From IMG/VR virus record IMGVR_UViG_3300029309_000017: 20,000 bases of DNA, one strand, 5' to 3'. Below the pieces are notes generated by a model. The model was not told the origin of the DNA and did not search any database. It worked only from the letters and a program-made list of their open reading frames with translations. A program made the position numbers and the translations under genes. Shown here in pieces: positions 1 through 7,807 of the stretch. Position 1 is the stretch's first letter, and the number at the start of each line of letters is the position of its first letter. Source of the DNA: an uncultured virus (IMG/VR IMGVR_UViG_3300029309_000017) (taxonomy: Duplodnaviria; Heunggongvirae; Uroviricota; Caudoviricetes; Crassvirales).

Positions 1-375
1 GAAATGTCTACCTTTACCAGTAGTTCTTTTGTTTGTTTGCTTTATTGGTGAATTTTTGTCTTTTCCAAATGCTTTTTTATCACCTGGATAACCAGTAGAG
101 CCAAATCTTTTAGGACCAATAATACCACAGCCGCAATGTTTTATAGGTGTTTCAACAACATAGTCTGCATTACCAAAATCATATTCTTTACCTGGCTTCA
201 TGTGTTTTGTTATACCATTACTACCAACACCTTTAACAGGAAAAGCAACACCCACCATTGTAATTTTGCTACTAGGTATTATATTTACATCGTTATTTAC
301 ATCTGGACTATCTGACTTATAACCTGTTTTAGTTATAGCCGCTTTTATACTTGAGTTAGGTAGTTTAAAAGCCAT
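1..375 (-). CDS. Basic modular phage protein, partial (C-terminus runs off the window); putative virion-internal protein
   Basis: Not in ORF track. Manual translation from ATG at 375: MAFKLPNSSIKAAITKTGYKSDSPDVNNDVNIIPSSKITM...ETPIKHCGCG...KNSPIKQTNKRTTGKGRHF, open to base 1. Starts 1 nt after the stop of the previous gene (377). Confidence 0.8.
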   Translation of the reverse strand, partial: MAFKLPNSSIKAAITKTGYKSDSPDVNNDVNIIPSSKITMVGVAFPVKGVGSNGITKHMKPGKEYDFGNADYVVETPIKHCGCGIIGPKRFGSTGYPGDKKAFGKDKNSPIKQTNKRTTGKGRHF

Positions 376-376
376 A

Positions 377-1435
377 TTATTTTTTATTACCGTAACCTTT
401 CATTTTATATGAAGGTCTCATTACGTTTACAGTGATATTAGGAGCTTTCATTTTTGCAGGTGAAGGTTTTACATATTTCTGCTTCTTTGGATCATATACT
501 AACCCTTTTCTTTCAGCCATTTTTCTAGTTCTATCATTTATATAATGCATTTCACCTTTATAATGCTTAGACTTATTAGGATCACCAAATGTAGACTGTA
601 CGTTTGATTTTGCTTGCGCCATTAGATCTTTTGTAATTTTCTCAGCTTCTTCTTTAGTTGCACCTTTTAATTGACCATCTTTATAATTAGGGTGTTCAGC
701 AGCTAATCTATTAACTTCAGCTTGTAGTTTATCATTGTAATTCCTCATTCTACTTTTACTAGCTTCCGGCTGAACAGCTCCACGTGTCATACCTGTATAT
801 ATAGATCTACTACCTCTTGTGTGTCTGTAGATATTTACATTATCATCTAAAGAACCTAAAGACTGTCCAGAAACTATATCTTGATCTTGCTGTGATATAG
901 GTAAACCTTTTCTTATAGCTTTTCTTATTCTTCTATTAGCTCTTTGTATATTACGTTGTGTTCTTCTAGCACCACTATCAACCATTCTTTGGTTCATTCT
1001 AACTTCTCTGTTAGTTAAAATACCTTGCTGCTGAGGATCTATCTCTTGTGATATATTTCCAGTTTCAACAACTTCACCACCTGGTGAATCACTAACACAG
1101 TTACAAGTTTTACCATCTGCTGAAACTTGTTTCTTCTGACCGCTTGGGCATTCTGCTTTTGACGCGCAAGGATCGTAATCATCTCCTGCGTCAGCACACA
1201 TGTAATTTGGACAAGTTGGTGACATTTTGCCATTAGGGCCATTAGGACAACACTTTCTAAATGTCTTACCACCTTCGTTTAATTGTGTATTAGGCTCGCT
1301 TGTTTGATCACCAGGAAAACTAGCATCAACCTGTGCATCGTCTTGATGTAAAGGTGAAGAATACTTTGTTAGCTGTGGAGCTACTCTTGTTGTTGATCTT
1401 AGCTGCGTGCCAGATCTTTTCATTTTAAAAGCCAT
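377..1435 (-). CDS. Hypothetical phage protein with an 8-Cys segment, an Arg-rich helix and SPxK-type motifs
   Basis: 352-aa ORF, tightly packed with neighbours; N-terminus MAFKMK, motifs SPLHQ and SPAKM. Confidence 0.8.
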   Translation of the reverse strand: MAFKMKRSGTQLRSTTRVAPQLTKYSSPLHQDDAQVDASFPGDQTSEPNTQLNEGGKTFRKCCPNGPNGKMSPTCPNYMCADAGDDYDPCASKAECPSGQKKQVSADGKTCNCVSDSPGGEVVETGNISQEIDPQQQGILTNREVRMNQRMVDSGARRTQRNIQRANRRIRKAIRKGLPISQQDQDIVSGQSLGSLDDNVNIYRHTRGSRSIYTGMTRGAVQPEASKSRMRNYNDKLQAEVNRLAAEHPNYKDGQLKGATKEEAEKITKDLMAQAKSNVQSTFGDPNKSKHYKGEMHYINDRTRKMAERKGLVYDPKKQKYVKPSPAKMKAPNITVNVMRPSYKMKGYGNKK

Positions 1436-1446
1436 AATTAATTAGT

Positions 1447-1800
1447 TTATTCTGTTTCTTCAGGAGAATCATCAGTGGTTATATTTACACTTACACCACC
1501 ACCTTCAACTGTATTTTTTAATCTTTCAAGTTCTTGTTCTTCTTGACATTTTATTAGTTCTTCGCCTTCTAAGTTTTCACAAGGATCATTTTGGCTATTA
1601 ATTATAGCGTTATTAGTATCTTTATTATTATCAGCTTTACTAGAACCATACTGCATACCACCACCCATAAAGCTATTTTGTATATCTGTAAAAGATTTAG
1701 CGGCATCACCTGCGCCTTGTATTAAAGCCGCGTTTTGCTTAAATGGACTGGCTTTATCGCCGGTTGCGTGTACGTTTTTGTGTTTTAATTTAAATGTCAT
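1447..1800 (-). CDS. Hypothetical protein (MTFKLK... SPFKQ, acidic C-terminus)
   Basis: Track ORF 1447..1890. The internal ATG at 1800 is preferred: it removes the overlap with 1802..2161 and gives an MTFKLK N-terminus like the neighbours. Confidence 0.75.
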   Translation of the reverse strand: MTFKLKHKNVHATGDKASPFKQNAALIQGAGDAAKSFTDIQNSFMGGGMQYGSSKADNNKDTNNAIINSQNDPCENLEGEELIKCQEEQELERLKNTVEGGGVSVNITTDDSPEETE

Positions 1801-1801
1801 A

Positions 1802-2161
1802 TTATGCGTTTTTAACAGAGCCGTAAGCTCTTGTTTTAGCTCCTTTTTCCCATGGAAACCTATTGTCACCTTCTTGAAGCCATTTGCCATTATATAATAT
1901 TCTGCCGTTTTTTCTTGGATAAGTCTTGTTTTTATAAGTTATACTATGATCGGTGTAATCTAGTACGCCAGACTCCATATCTTTTTGATGCTCTATCTCT
2001 TCTTTAACAGCATGTTTTTGCATTGCAGGTGAAACATCTTTACTTACAAATATAGTTCCATCTTTGTTTGCTTCAGCTACAACGCCTTTATCTAGTTTTT
2101 TCTCTATTACAGGATAATCTTTCCTTTTTTTAAAAGGACTATTGTTCTGTATATAAGGCAT
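1802..2161 (-). CDS. Small zincin-like metallopeptidase-fold protein with a variant motif (EEIEH instead of HExxH)
   Basis: Pattern G..A...GTIFV......(helix)EEIEH...PWE resembles minimal zincins; recognised by eye only. Confidence 0.5.
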   Translation of the reverse strand: MPYIQNNSPFKKRKDYPVIEKKLDKGVVAEANKDGTIFVSKDVSPAMQKHAVKEEIEHQKDMESGVLDYTDHSITYKNKTYPRKNGRILYNGKWLQEGDNRFPWEKGAKTRAYGSVKNA

Positions 2162-2163
2162 AT

Positions 2164-2607
2164 TTATTTTTTGCTTTTACCCATTTTACCTGGGCCTCCA
2201 GCTTTAGTACATCTTACACCCCAACCAGAAGCATAAGCACTAGGCCATACATCAAACTTTTTTTTAGCAGCTGTTTTACAAGCTCCACTAATTTTTTTAA
2301 TTGGGGAACTTTCACCATATTTATCACCTAAAATTCTTTTAGATTTTCTTTCTGCTTTTTTATTAACTCTATCAACAACTTTTTGTTTTCTTTTTTCAAG
2401 TCTTTGAACTTTTCTATCACCTCTTGCTTCTAATCTTTTAGTTTTTTCAAAAGCTTTAGTGTCTTTTTTATCAACTCCAATTTGTTTAATAGGTGACTCT
2501 TTCATAGGCCAACCAGCTGGTGATACCTTAGGCGAGTCTGATTTACCACCCGGCTTTGGCATACCTTTTTGAACTATTGCCGTTATAGGCATATTTACAT
2601 TTCCCAT
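2164..2607 (-). CDS. Basic modular phage protein with a C-terminal WPSAYASG module
   Basis: 147 aa, Lys-rich; SPIKQ and SPIKK motifs flank the modules; C-terminal ACKTAAKKKFDVWPSAYASGWGVRC. Confidence 0.8.
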   Translation of the reverse strand: MGNVNMPITAIVQKGMPKPGGKSDSPKVSPAGWPMKESPIKQIGVDKKDTKAFEKTKRLEARGDRKVQRLEKRKQKVVDRVNKKAERKSKRILGDKYGESSPIKKISGACKTAAKKKFDVWPSAYASGWGVRCTKAGGPGKMGKSKK

Positions 2608-2610
2608 AAT

Positions 2611-3306
2611 TTATTTTTTATTACAATGTGCCTTAGCTGGCGATTTTTTATATTTTTTAGCTGGAGATTTCTTCATACCACCGCATTGTTTAGCTGGTGA
2701 TTTACCAGATGTTTTTTTCATAGCTTTTATACCAGCTTTGCCAAAACCACCACATTGCTTAGCAGGAGATGACTTCTTTAGTTTACTCATCTGCTTAGCA
2801 GGTGACTTCTTTTTATCAGGATGTCCTGCGCCGCCATCAGCTTTATTAGCGTGAACAGCTTTTCTTTGAGCAGCTGACTTATATCCTTTAGCTGGTGAAG
2901 ATTTTTTAAGATCTCCAGCACCTTTACCATCTGCGGCAAACTTAGGTACTTTCTTACCATCAACTTCAACCATCTCCATTTTTTGTTTAACTGGAGAGTT
3001 TTTTTCTTCTTTCTGCTTTTTTCTTAAATCTCTTCTTTCTTTTCTACGCTTTCTTCCTTCTTCAGTAGATATTTTAATATTACCTATTTTATTGACTAAG
3101 TCTTTAGCGCCTTCAGCTACTTTTCCAGGCACATCTTTTAATTTAACATCTCCTTTTTGTTTAACTGGAGATGCACAATGTGCTTTAGCAGGTGAAGCTT
3201 TTATTGCTGCTTTTAAACCTTCGTTAAGGTTTTTTTGATTACCAATTAAAGCCTTTAATACAGGGCTTTTTGGCATCATTTTAAATGGTGATTTCTTGTA
3301 GGCCAT
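2611..3306 (-). CDS. Very basic protein with 10 SP(A/V/F)K repeats; putative DNA-condensing or processed internal protein
   Basis: 231 aa; SPAK x7, SPVK x2, SPFK x1 counted in the translation. Confidence 0.85.
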   Translation of the reverse strand: MAYKKSPFKMMPKSPVLKALIGNQKNLNEGLKAAIKASPAKAHCASPVKQKGDVKLKDVPGKVAEGAKDLVNKIGNIKISTEEGRKRRKERRDLRKKQKEEKNSPVKQKMEMVEVDGKKVPKFAADGKGAGDLKKSSPAKGYKSAAQRKAVHANKADGGAGHPDKKKSPAKQMSKLKKSSPAKQCGGFGKAGIKAMKKTSGKSPAKQCGGMKKSPAKKYKKSPAKAHCNKK

Positions 3307-3332
3307 TTTTTTTGTTTTTAATTAGTTATTGT

Positions 3333-3695
3333 TTATGCTTTGGTCCAATAAGCGTAGTCTATTAAACAAGCGGCAGTGTCAGCTTGACATCTTAATCCAA
3401 CCGCAGTACCAACTGGAAAAAATGCAAACTCACCTGGATGTAAAATACCCCACTCTTGATCAGTGTCGTTAAACAGCTTTATAAAGTTTGTGTTATCTGT
3501 ATTTTTTAAGTACACATATGTAGCAGCTGAATTGTTTTCAAGTATATTTGATTTACCTGAATTACTAACTGAAATTTGAGAAAGTCCATTACTTGGAGCT
3601 CCTACAGTTAACGTATCAACTACTGATAAACCTAAAGTTTCATTAGCTGAAACAGTTGTACTGTCTAACGTTAGTTTTGATGTTATTGTTGCCAT
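3333..3695 (-). CDS. Hypothetical beta-rich protein, probably structural
   Basis: 120 aa, Thr/Ser/Asn-rich, alternating hydrophobic pattern (YVYLKN, LHPGEFAFFP). Confidence 0.7.
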   Translation of the reverse strand: MATITSKLTLDSTTVSANETLGLSVVDTLTVGAPSNGLSQISVSNSGKSNILENNSAATYVYLKNTDNTNFIKLFNDTDQEWGILHPGEFAFFPVGTAVGLRCQADTAACLIDYAYWTKA

Positions 3696-3697
3696 AA

Positions 3698-4138
3698 TTA
3701 TCTATCTTTGTCTTTTATCATATCATCAATAGCTTTGTTATAGACTTTGTCTGTATATGATTTATTGTTGTAAAACTTGCTTCGCTCGCTAGTAGGTAAA
3801 TCCTCCTCAGCAAGCAATATTCTGTAAATTCTTGAGATTAGCTGCCTACATCTGAAAGAAGTTTTGTAGACGCTGTATTTAATTGAAGTGCGGTTTCGGT
3901 GTCGCCAAACATCTATCCAGCCTGCTTTACGCAAGCGCTCCCATCTGGCTTTATCCCAGGAGTAAGTATATACCCCTTCTATAAAATCATTACGTGTAAA
4001 TCGCGATTTGCAATCTAAATAGATTAAAAGTTCTAAATCAGCGTCTTTTAACCCATAAGTTTTACAGGCCCATTTGCGAACGAGCCTGTAATACTTAAAC
4101 AAATTCATATCACGTATATCTGTTGCGCTTAGTTTCAT
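3698..4138 (-). CDS. Hypothetical protein, possible winged-helix DNA-binding fold
   Basis: 146 aa; start overlaps the groES stop; DLELLIYL...RLRKAGWIDV pattern is wHTH-like (weak). Confidence 0.7.
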   Translation of the reverse strand: MKLSATDIRDMNLFKYYRLVRKWACKTYGLKDADLELLIYLDCKSRFTRNDFIEGVYTYSWDKARWERLRKAGWIDVWRHRNRTSIKYSVYKTSFRCRQLISRIYRILLAEEDLPTSERSKFYNNKSYTDKVYNKAIDDMIKDKDR

Positions 4139-4392
4139 TCAACAAGTACAACATCGCTAAACTGTATAACTGTGTAAACATTTTCTTTATACGATATACC
4201 ATGACCAGCATGCTTATCATAGAATATAATATCACCAGTTTTAATACCTACAACTTTATCACCTGCAGATATTACTTTAGCTTTTTTATATCTAACCTCT
4301 TTGTCTTTGGCTTCTGCTATTTCTAGCCCACCCATTTTTCGAGGTGCCTCTTTTATTTTTTCTATTATAATGTAGTAATTAATTGCTTTCAT
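4135..4392 (-). CDS. groES: Co-chaperonin GroES (Cpn10)
   Basis: 85 aa; KAINYYIII, mobile loop KMGGLEI, KVISAG, IKTGDIIFY, C-terminal SDVVLV; adjacent to groEL. Confidence 0.9.
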   Translation of the reverse strand: MKAINYYIIIEKIKEAPRKMGGLEIAEAKDKEVRYKKAKVISAGDKVVGIKTGDIIFYDKHAGHGISYKENVYTVIQFSDVVLVE

Positions 4393-5959
4393 TTGTCCTC
4401 ATATTAGATATTACACAATCCGCAGAGATTATAGTTTTAGCAACACTTACTGCATTTTTTAAAGCTGACTTAGTTACAAGTAGTGGATCAACAATACCTT
4501 CTTCAATCATATTTTTAGTACAACCACACGTTACATCAACACCCTCGCCTTCTTCCCACTCATCTACAAATTGTTTTCTTTCTGAGTAATTAGCGTTTTC
4601 AAGTACTTTTTCAAAAGGATATTGTATTGCTGACATTAATATCTTTTCACCATCACCACCGTGAAACTCTGCGTGTTGAGCAGCGTTTAGCAAGGCTATA
4701 CCACCACCTGGTACTACACCTTCTTCAATAGCGGCTTTAGTTGCATGCAATGCATCATCAACTCTATCCATTTTTTCTTTTGCCTCTATTTTAGTATAAG
4801 CACCAACTTTAATCACACTTACAACTCCTGATAACATAGCTAGTCTTTTTTTATGTAAACCTTTCCAAAACTTATCTTTAGTTTCTTTAATTTTCTTTTC
4901 TACAACTTTTATTCTATCTTTTAAAAGCTTTTCATTTTTTTCAACAGTAAGAATTGTAGATTTTTTATCAGTAACAGCTTTCTTTGCTCTACCAAGAACA
5001 TCTGGAGTCATTAAATCCATGTCATCACCAAGTTGTTCACTTATAACTTTAGCACCTGTTAACAATGCTAGGTCTTCAAGCGTGTCTCTCTTTGAAGGTC
5101 CAAAGCCCGGTGAGTCAACTATATTAACTTTTATGTTTCCTTTTACTTTATTCATCATTAATGTAGCAAAAGGTTGTTGCTCCATATCTGCAACAATTAA
5201 CAAAGAAGCTCCTTTTTTAATTACAAACTCCAAAATTGACTGTATTTTACGGACTTGCTCAATTGGTGAGTCGACAATTAGTATATAAGGCTCTTCTAAG
5301 ATAGCTTTGTGGTTGTCTTTATCTGTGTATAAGTGCGGAGACTTGATTTTACACCCACTTAGCTCAACCCCGTCAACAGTTTCAACGTAAGTTGTCTCAT
5401 CTTGTGAGCCTTCCATTAAAACTATACCGTTTTTACCGGCTTTTTCGTAAGCTTCTGCAATTAAATTGCCTAAAATCTCATCATTATTGCAAGAAATTTT
5501 AGCAACATGCTTAATTAGCTCATCATTTGCGGGTTTTTTTATTTTTTCTAGGTATTCTAGCACTTTTTCCAGCGAATAGTCGATGCCTCTTATAATTTGA
5601 CGCGTGTCTTGCCAGCCTTCGTAGCTATTATACTCCTTTAAAACAGCATGGGCAAGTACGGTAGCTGTAGTAGTACCATCACCTGCCTCATCTACTGTGT
5701 TACTAGCGGCTTCTTTTACCAGCGTTACACCCATATTTTCGACCGGATCAATCAAGACTACGCTTTCCGCAACGGTTACACCATCTTTTGTAATCACCGG
5801 TCGACCCATAGAGTCTTCATATATAACGCATTTACCGCCGGCGCCTAAAGTTGAACCAACTGCTTTGGCTAACTTGTCAACACCTTTCATTATTTTAGTT
5901 CTTGCTTTCTTATTAAAACTAAGATCTTTAACTATACTTGTAGTATTATTATAATTCAT
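4379..5959 (-). CDS. groEL: Group I chaperonin GroEL (Cpn60)
   Basis: 526 aa; ITKDGVTVA, AGDGTTTATVLA, PGFG, EEGVVPGGG, GIVDP motifs; no GGM tail. Confidence 0.97.
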   Translation of the reverse strand: MNYNNTTSIVKDLSFNKKARTKIMKGVDKLAKAVGSTLGAGGKCVIYEDSMGRPVITKDGVTVAESVVLIDPVENMGVTLVKEAASNTVDEAGDGTTTATVLAHAVLKEYNSYEGWQDTRQIIRGIDYSLEKVLEYLEKIKKPANDELIKHVAKISCNNDEILGNLIAEAYEKAGKNGIVLMEGSQDETTYVETVDGVELSGCKIKSPHLYTDKDNHKAILEEPYILIVDSPIEQVRKIQSILEFVIKKGASLLIVADMEQQPFATLMMNKVKGNIKVNIVDSPGFGPSKRDTLEDLALLTGAKVISEQLGDDMDLMTPDVLGRAKKAVTDKKSTILTVEKNEKLLKDRIKVVEKKIKETKDKFWKGLHKKRLAMLSGVVSVIKVGAYTKIEAKEKMDRVDDALHATKAAIEEGVVPGGGIALLNAAQHAEFHGGDGEKILMSAIQYPFEKVLENANYSERKQFVDEWEEGEGVDVTCGCTKNMIEEGIVDPLLVTKSALKNAVSVAKTIISADCVISNMRTNESN

Positions 5960-5984
5960 TATATTATATTGTATTTAATGTGGT

Positions 5985-6308
5985 TTATTTAAATGTTTTG
6001 ACTACTTTTGGGCCTTTTATGAAATCAGCTCTTTTTTTGTAGTGCTCGACAGATCCGTCAACAGCTTGTTCCGCTCCGACTAAAGTCTCTCTTCTTGTGA
6101 CATCATTCCATTTTTCACAACATGGATCTAATTTTGGATCACAAGTGCAGTTAGGATCTTTATATTCTGTCTGATAATATCCATTGGGTAATTGTGTTAT
6201 CCTCCAGTTCTTTTTTTCTGAAAGATGGTTCCAAAGGTCAATGGTTTCTTTGGAGGTTTGTTGTGGTTGACTACTCCACGTATTAGTCTTGTAATAAAAA
6301 TACGTCAT
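5985..6308 (-). CDS. Hypothetical phage protein
   Basis: 107-aa ORF co-oriented with and directly upstream of groEL. Confidence 0.75.
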   Translation of the reverse strand: MTYFYYKTNTWSSQPQQTSKETIDLWNHLSEKKNWRITQLPNGYYQTEYKDPNCTCDPKLDPCCEKWNDVTRRETLVGAEQAVDGSVEHYKKRADFIKGPKVVKTFK

Positions 6309-6334
6309 TTTAATTGGTATTTAAGGTTAATAAT

Positions 6335-6376
6335 TAAAATTAGAACTAAGGCGCCGTTAAGACGCCTTAACTCTAA
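6335..6376 (-). terminator. Intrinsic terminator
   Basis: Minus strand TTAGAGTTAAGGCGTC-TTAAC-GGCGCCTTAGTTCTAA forms 16 bp. Three pairs are G-U and work only on this strand. It is followed by TTTT and lies just after the 6385 stop. Confidence 0.8.
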
Positions 6377-6384
6377 GGTTTTTG

Positions 6385-6657
6385 TTATGCTACTTCTACT
6401 TTAGTTATAGCTTTACTAGGTACCCACACAACTTCAACTAATTGAGAGTCTGTAAGAACGTCATAGATAGCTTTGCTTAAAGCAATTTGCATTGAAAAAG
6501 CAGAATCAGCAGCACAAGTAAGTGTTACTAATTTACCTCCAGTAGCTACTTTTACAGAAGTTGCGTCAGCAGCAGCTTGTCCAACAGCTGAAGTACCATC
6601 TACAGGTAAATAGTATGTCTTGTTTGTGTCATACGTGAATTTAATAAATTTTGCCAT
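6385..6657 (-). CDS. Hypothetical small Ala/Thr/Val-rich protein, possibly structural
   Basis: 90-aa ORF followed by a terminator. Confidence 0.75.
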   Translation of the reverse strand: MAKFIKFTYDTNKTYYLPVDGTSAVGQAAADATSVKVATGGKLVTLTCAADSAFSMQIALSKAIYDVLTDSQLVEVVWVPSKAITKVEVA

Positions 6658-6694
6658 GTTTTTGATTTTTAGTATTTGTTATAAGGTATATGGA

Positions 6695-6934
6695 TTAAGT
6701 GGAATACCTATTACCACTTTCTTTTTTAGTTCCCATGCCTTCATTACCTCTATTAGACTTTATTGAAACACATTTTTGTCTTTTGTGATCGTAATCATGA
6801 CCTGGAGGACAAGGATTACTTCTACGCTCTCTTTGTGAGTGAGCTTTTTTTGCTCTTCTAGCAGGTGTTTTAGCAAAGGCTAAATCTCTTGCTGCTTTAT
6901 CTCTTTTTGCTTGAGGTGATAGTTTTTGTCCCAT
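6695..6934 (-). CDS. Small basic hypothetical protein, first gene of the leftward arm
   Basis: 79 aa, K/R-rich; DYDH...SNR is weakly HNH-like. Confidence 0.7.
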   Translation of the reverse strand: MGQKLSPQAKRDKAARDLAFAKTPARRAKKAHSQRERRSNPCPPGHDYDHKRQKCVSIKSNRGNEGMGTKKESGNRYST

Positions 6935-6938
6935 ACTG

Positions 6939-6969
6939 TATATAGTTACACGATAAATAATTAAGTTAA
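6939..6969 (-). promoter_or_regulatory. Candidate phage-sigma (middle/late) promoter, TTAAYT-N13-TGTAAYTATATA
   Basis: Minus strand TTAACTTAATTATTTATCGTGTAACTATATA just upstream of ATG 6934; the same pattern occurs at 15870-15900. Confidence 0.45.
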
Positions 6970-6974
6970 AATAG

Positions 6975-7017
6975 TGACAATAGGTGGTTACTTATATAGA
7001 TTATAAGGCTAGTGTCA
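6975..7017. promoter_or_regulatory. Inverted-repeat operator-like site TGACA-N33-TGTCA (copy A)
   Basis: Same half-sites, same 33-nt spacer length and shared internal TTACT and ATTATAAGG as 14464-14506 (in inverted orientation). Confidence 0.6.
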
Positions 7018-7239
7018 TAAAAAAAAGTTGTTAAATATTTTGGGAGTTAGCGTTGCCCCCTCCCCTACACACCATGCATAAAAAAGTAAAGTGCATTATT
7101 TTTGGCCAGCCCCACCTGTATAATCTGGATTTAGCCTATATCACCATGGTTTTATGTATAGCATCTATCTCACCATGTACATCCACTATAATAATTTCTA
7201 TAGAACATTTCACATTTTTCACTACATGTATAGCATTTC

Positions 7240-7271
7240 TTACAAAAGTAATACGGCGCCATATAGATAAT
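7240..7271 (+). promoter_or_regulatory. Early promoter-like motif, copy 1
   Basis: TTACAAAAGT AATACG GCGCCATAT AGATAAT. Confidence 0.75.
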
Positions 7272-7390
7272 AATAATGTAACAAACTAAAAAAATATAAA
7301 TGTTAAAATTAAATTAGAATTAAATATATAATGTGAGAGTGTGTGCAATACTACTAAACTAAATTTAATAAGTAAACAAACAATATACTT

Positions 7391-7422
7391 TTACAAAACT
7401 AATACGAACTAATTTAGATAAT
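7391..7422 (+). promoter_or_regulatory. Early promoter-like motif, copy 2
   Basis: TTACAAAACT AATACG AACTAATTT AGATAAT; upstream of ATG 7460. Confidence 0.8.
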
Positions 7423-7459
7423 AATAATGTAAATAAATAATAACTTAAATATAATAACT

Positions 7460-7690
7460 ATGAGCAATTTAATTTCAAAAAGATTTGTAATAAGAAAATC
7501 ACTAGTCGGTAAAAATCAAGACATCACTGTCAATTTCAAAAATGGCAAAACTGTTACTTACAATCACGATAAAGTGTATGAAGTTATGAAATCTAAACTA
7601 GAAACTATGCCATGTTTCATCAAGTATAAATCTTATACTTCATCAACAAGTGTACCAGTTTCAGTAAGAAGTGTAGTCGAAGTACAGTAA
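7460..7690 (+). CDS. Hypothetical early protein
   Basis: 76-aa ORF downstream of tandem promoter motifs, with an A-rich leader. Confidence 0.8.
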   Translation: MSNLISKRFVIRKSLVGKNQDITVNFKNGKTVTYNHDKVYEVMKSKLETMPCFIKYKSYTSSTSVPVSVRSVVEVQ

Positions 7691-7701
7691 ACTACACTTT
7701 T
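7669..7701 (+). terminator. Hairpin (terminator or processing signal) overlapping the stop codon
   Basis: AAGTGTAGT (7669-7677) pairs with ACTACACTT (7691-7699), followed by TT; the loop is long (13 nt). Confidence 0.35.
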
Positions 7702-7707
7702 AAATAC

Positions 7708-7785
7708 GGGTAACTACATGGACAGTAGCGTATGTGCACCGGAGTTTTTGTGTGTCGCGTAGAGGTTCGACTCCTCTCTTATCCA
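7708..7785 (+). ncRNA. tRNA-like RNA or pseudo-tRNA with G3-U70 and A73 but no canonical anticodon loop
   Basis: Acceptor GGGTAAC/CTTATCC (6 of 7 pairs), perfect T-arm AGAGG-TTCGACT-CCTCT, ends A-CTA; central stem TGCAC/GTGTG has a 10-nt loop. Confidence 0.6.
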
Positions 7786-7807
7786 CTAACTAATATAATA
7801 TAACACT

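Noticed and set aside
1039..2969. Alternative-frame ORFs 1039..1272 and 2787..2969
   Set aside because: Nested inside longer same-strand genes, with no frameshift signal or recognisable motif.
4123..5954. Several + strand ORFs (4123, 4383, 5019, 5648, 5697)
   Set aside because: Antisense shadows of groES and groEL.
6695..6934. HNH endonuclease call
   Set aside because: Only DH...N is present in a very short protein, which is not enough to assign it.
7053..7289. 78-aa + strand ORF in the junction
   Set aside because: TTG start, lies upstream of the first promoter motif, atypical composition.
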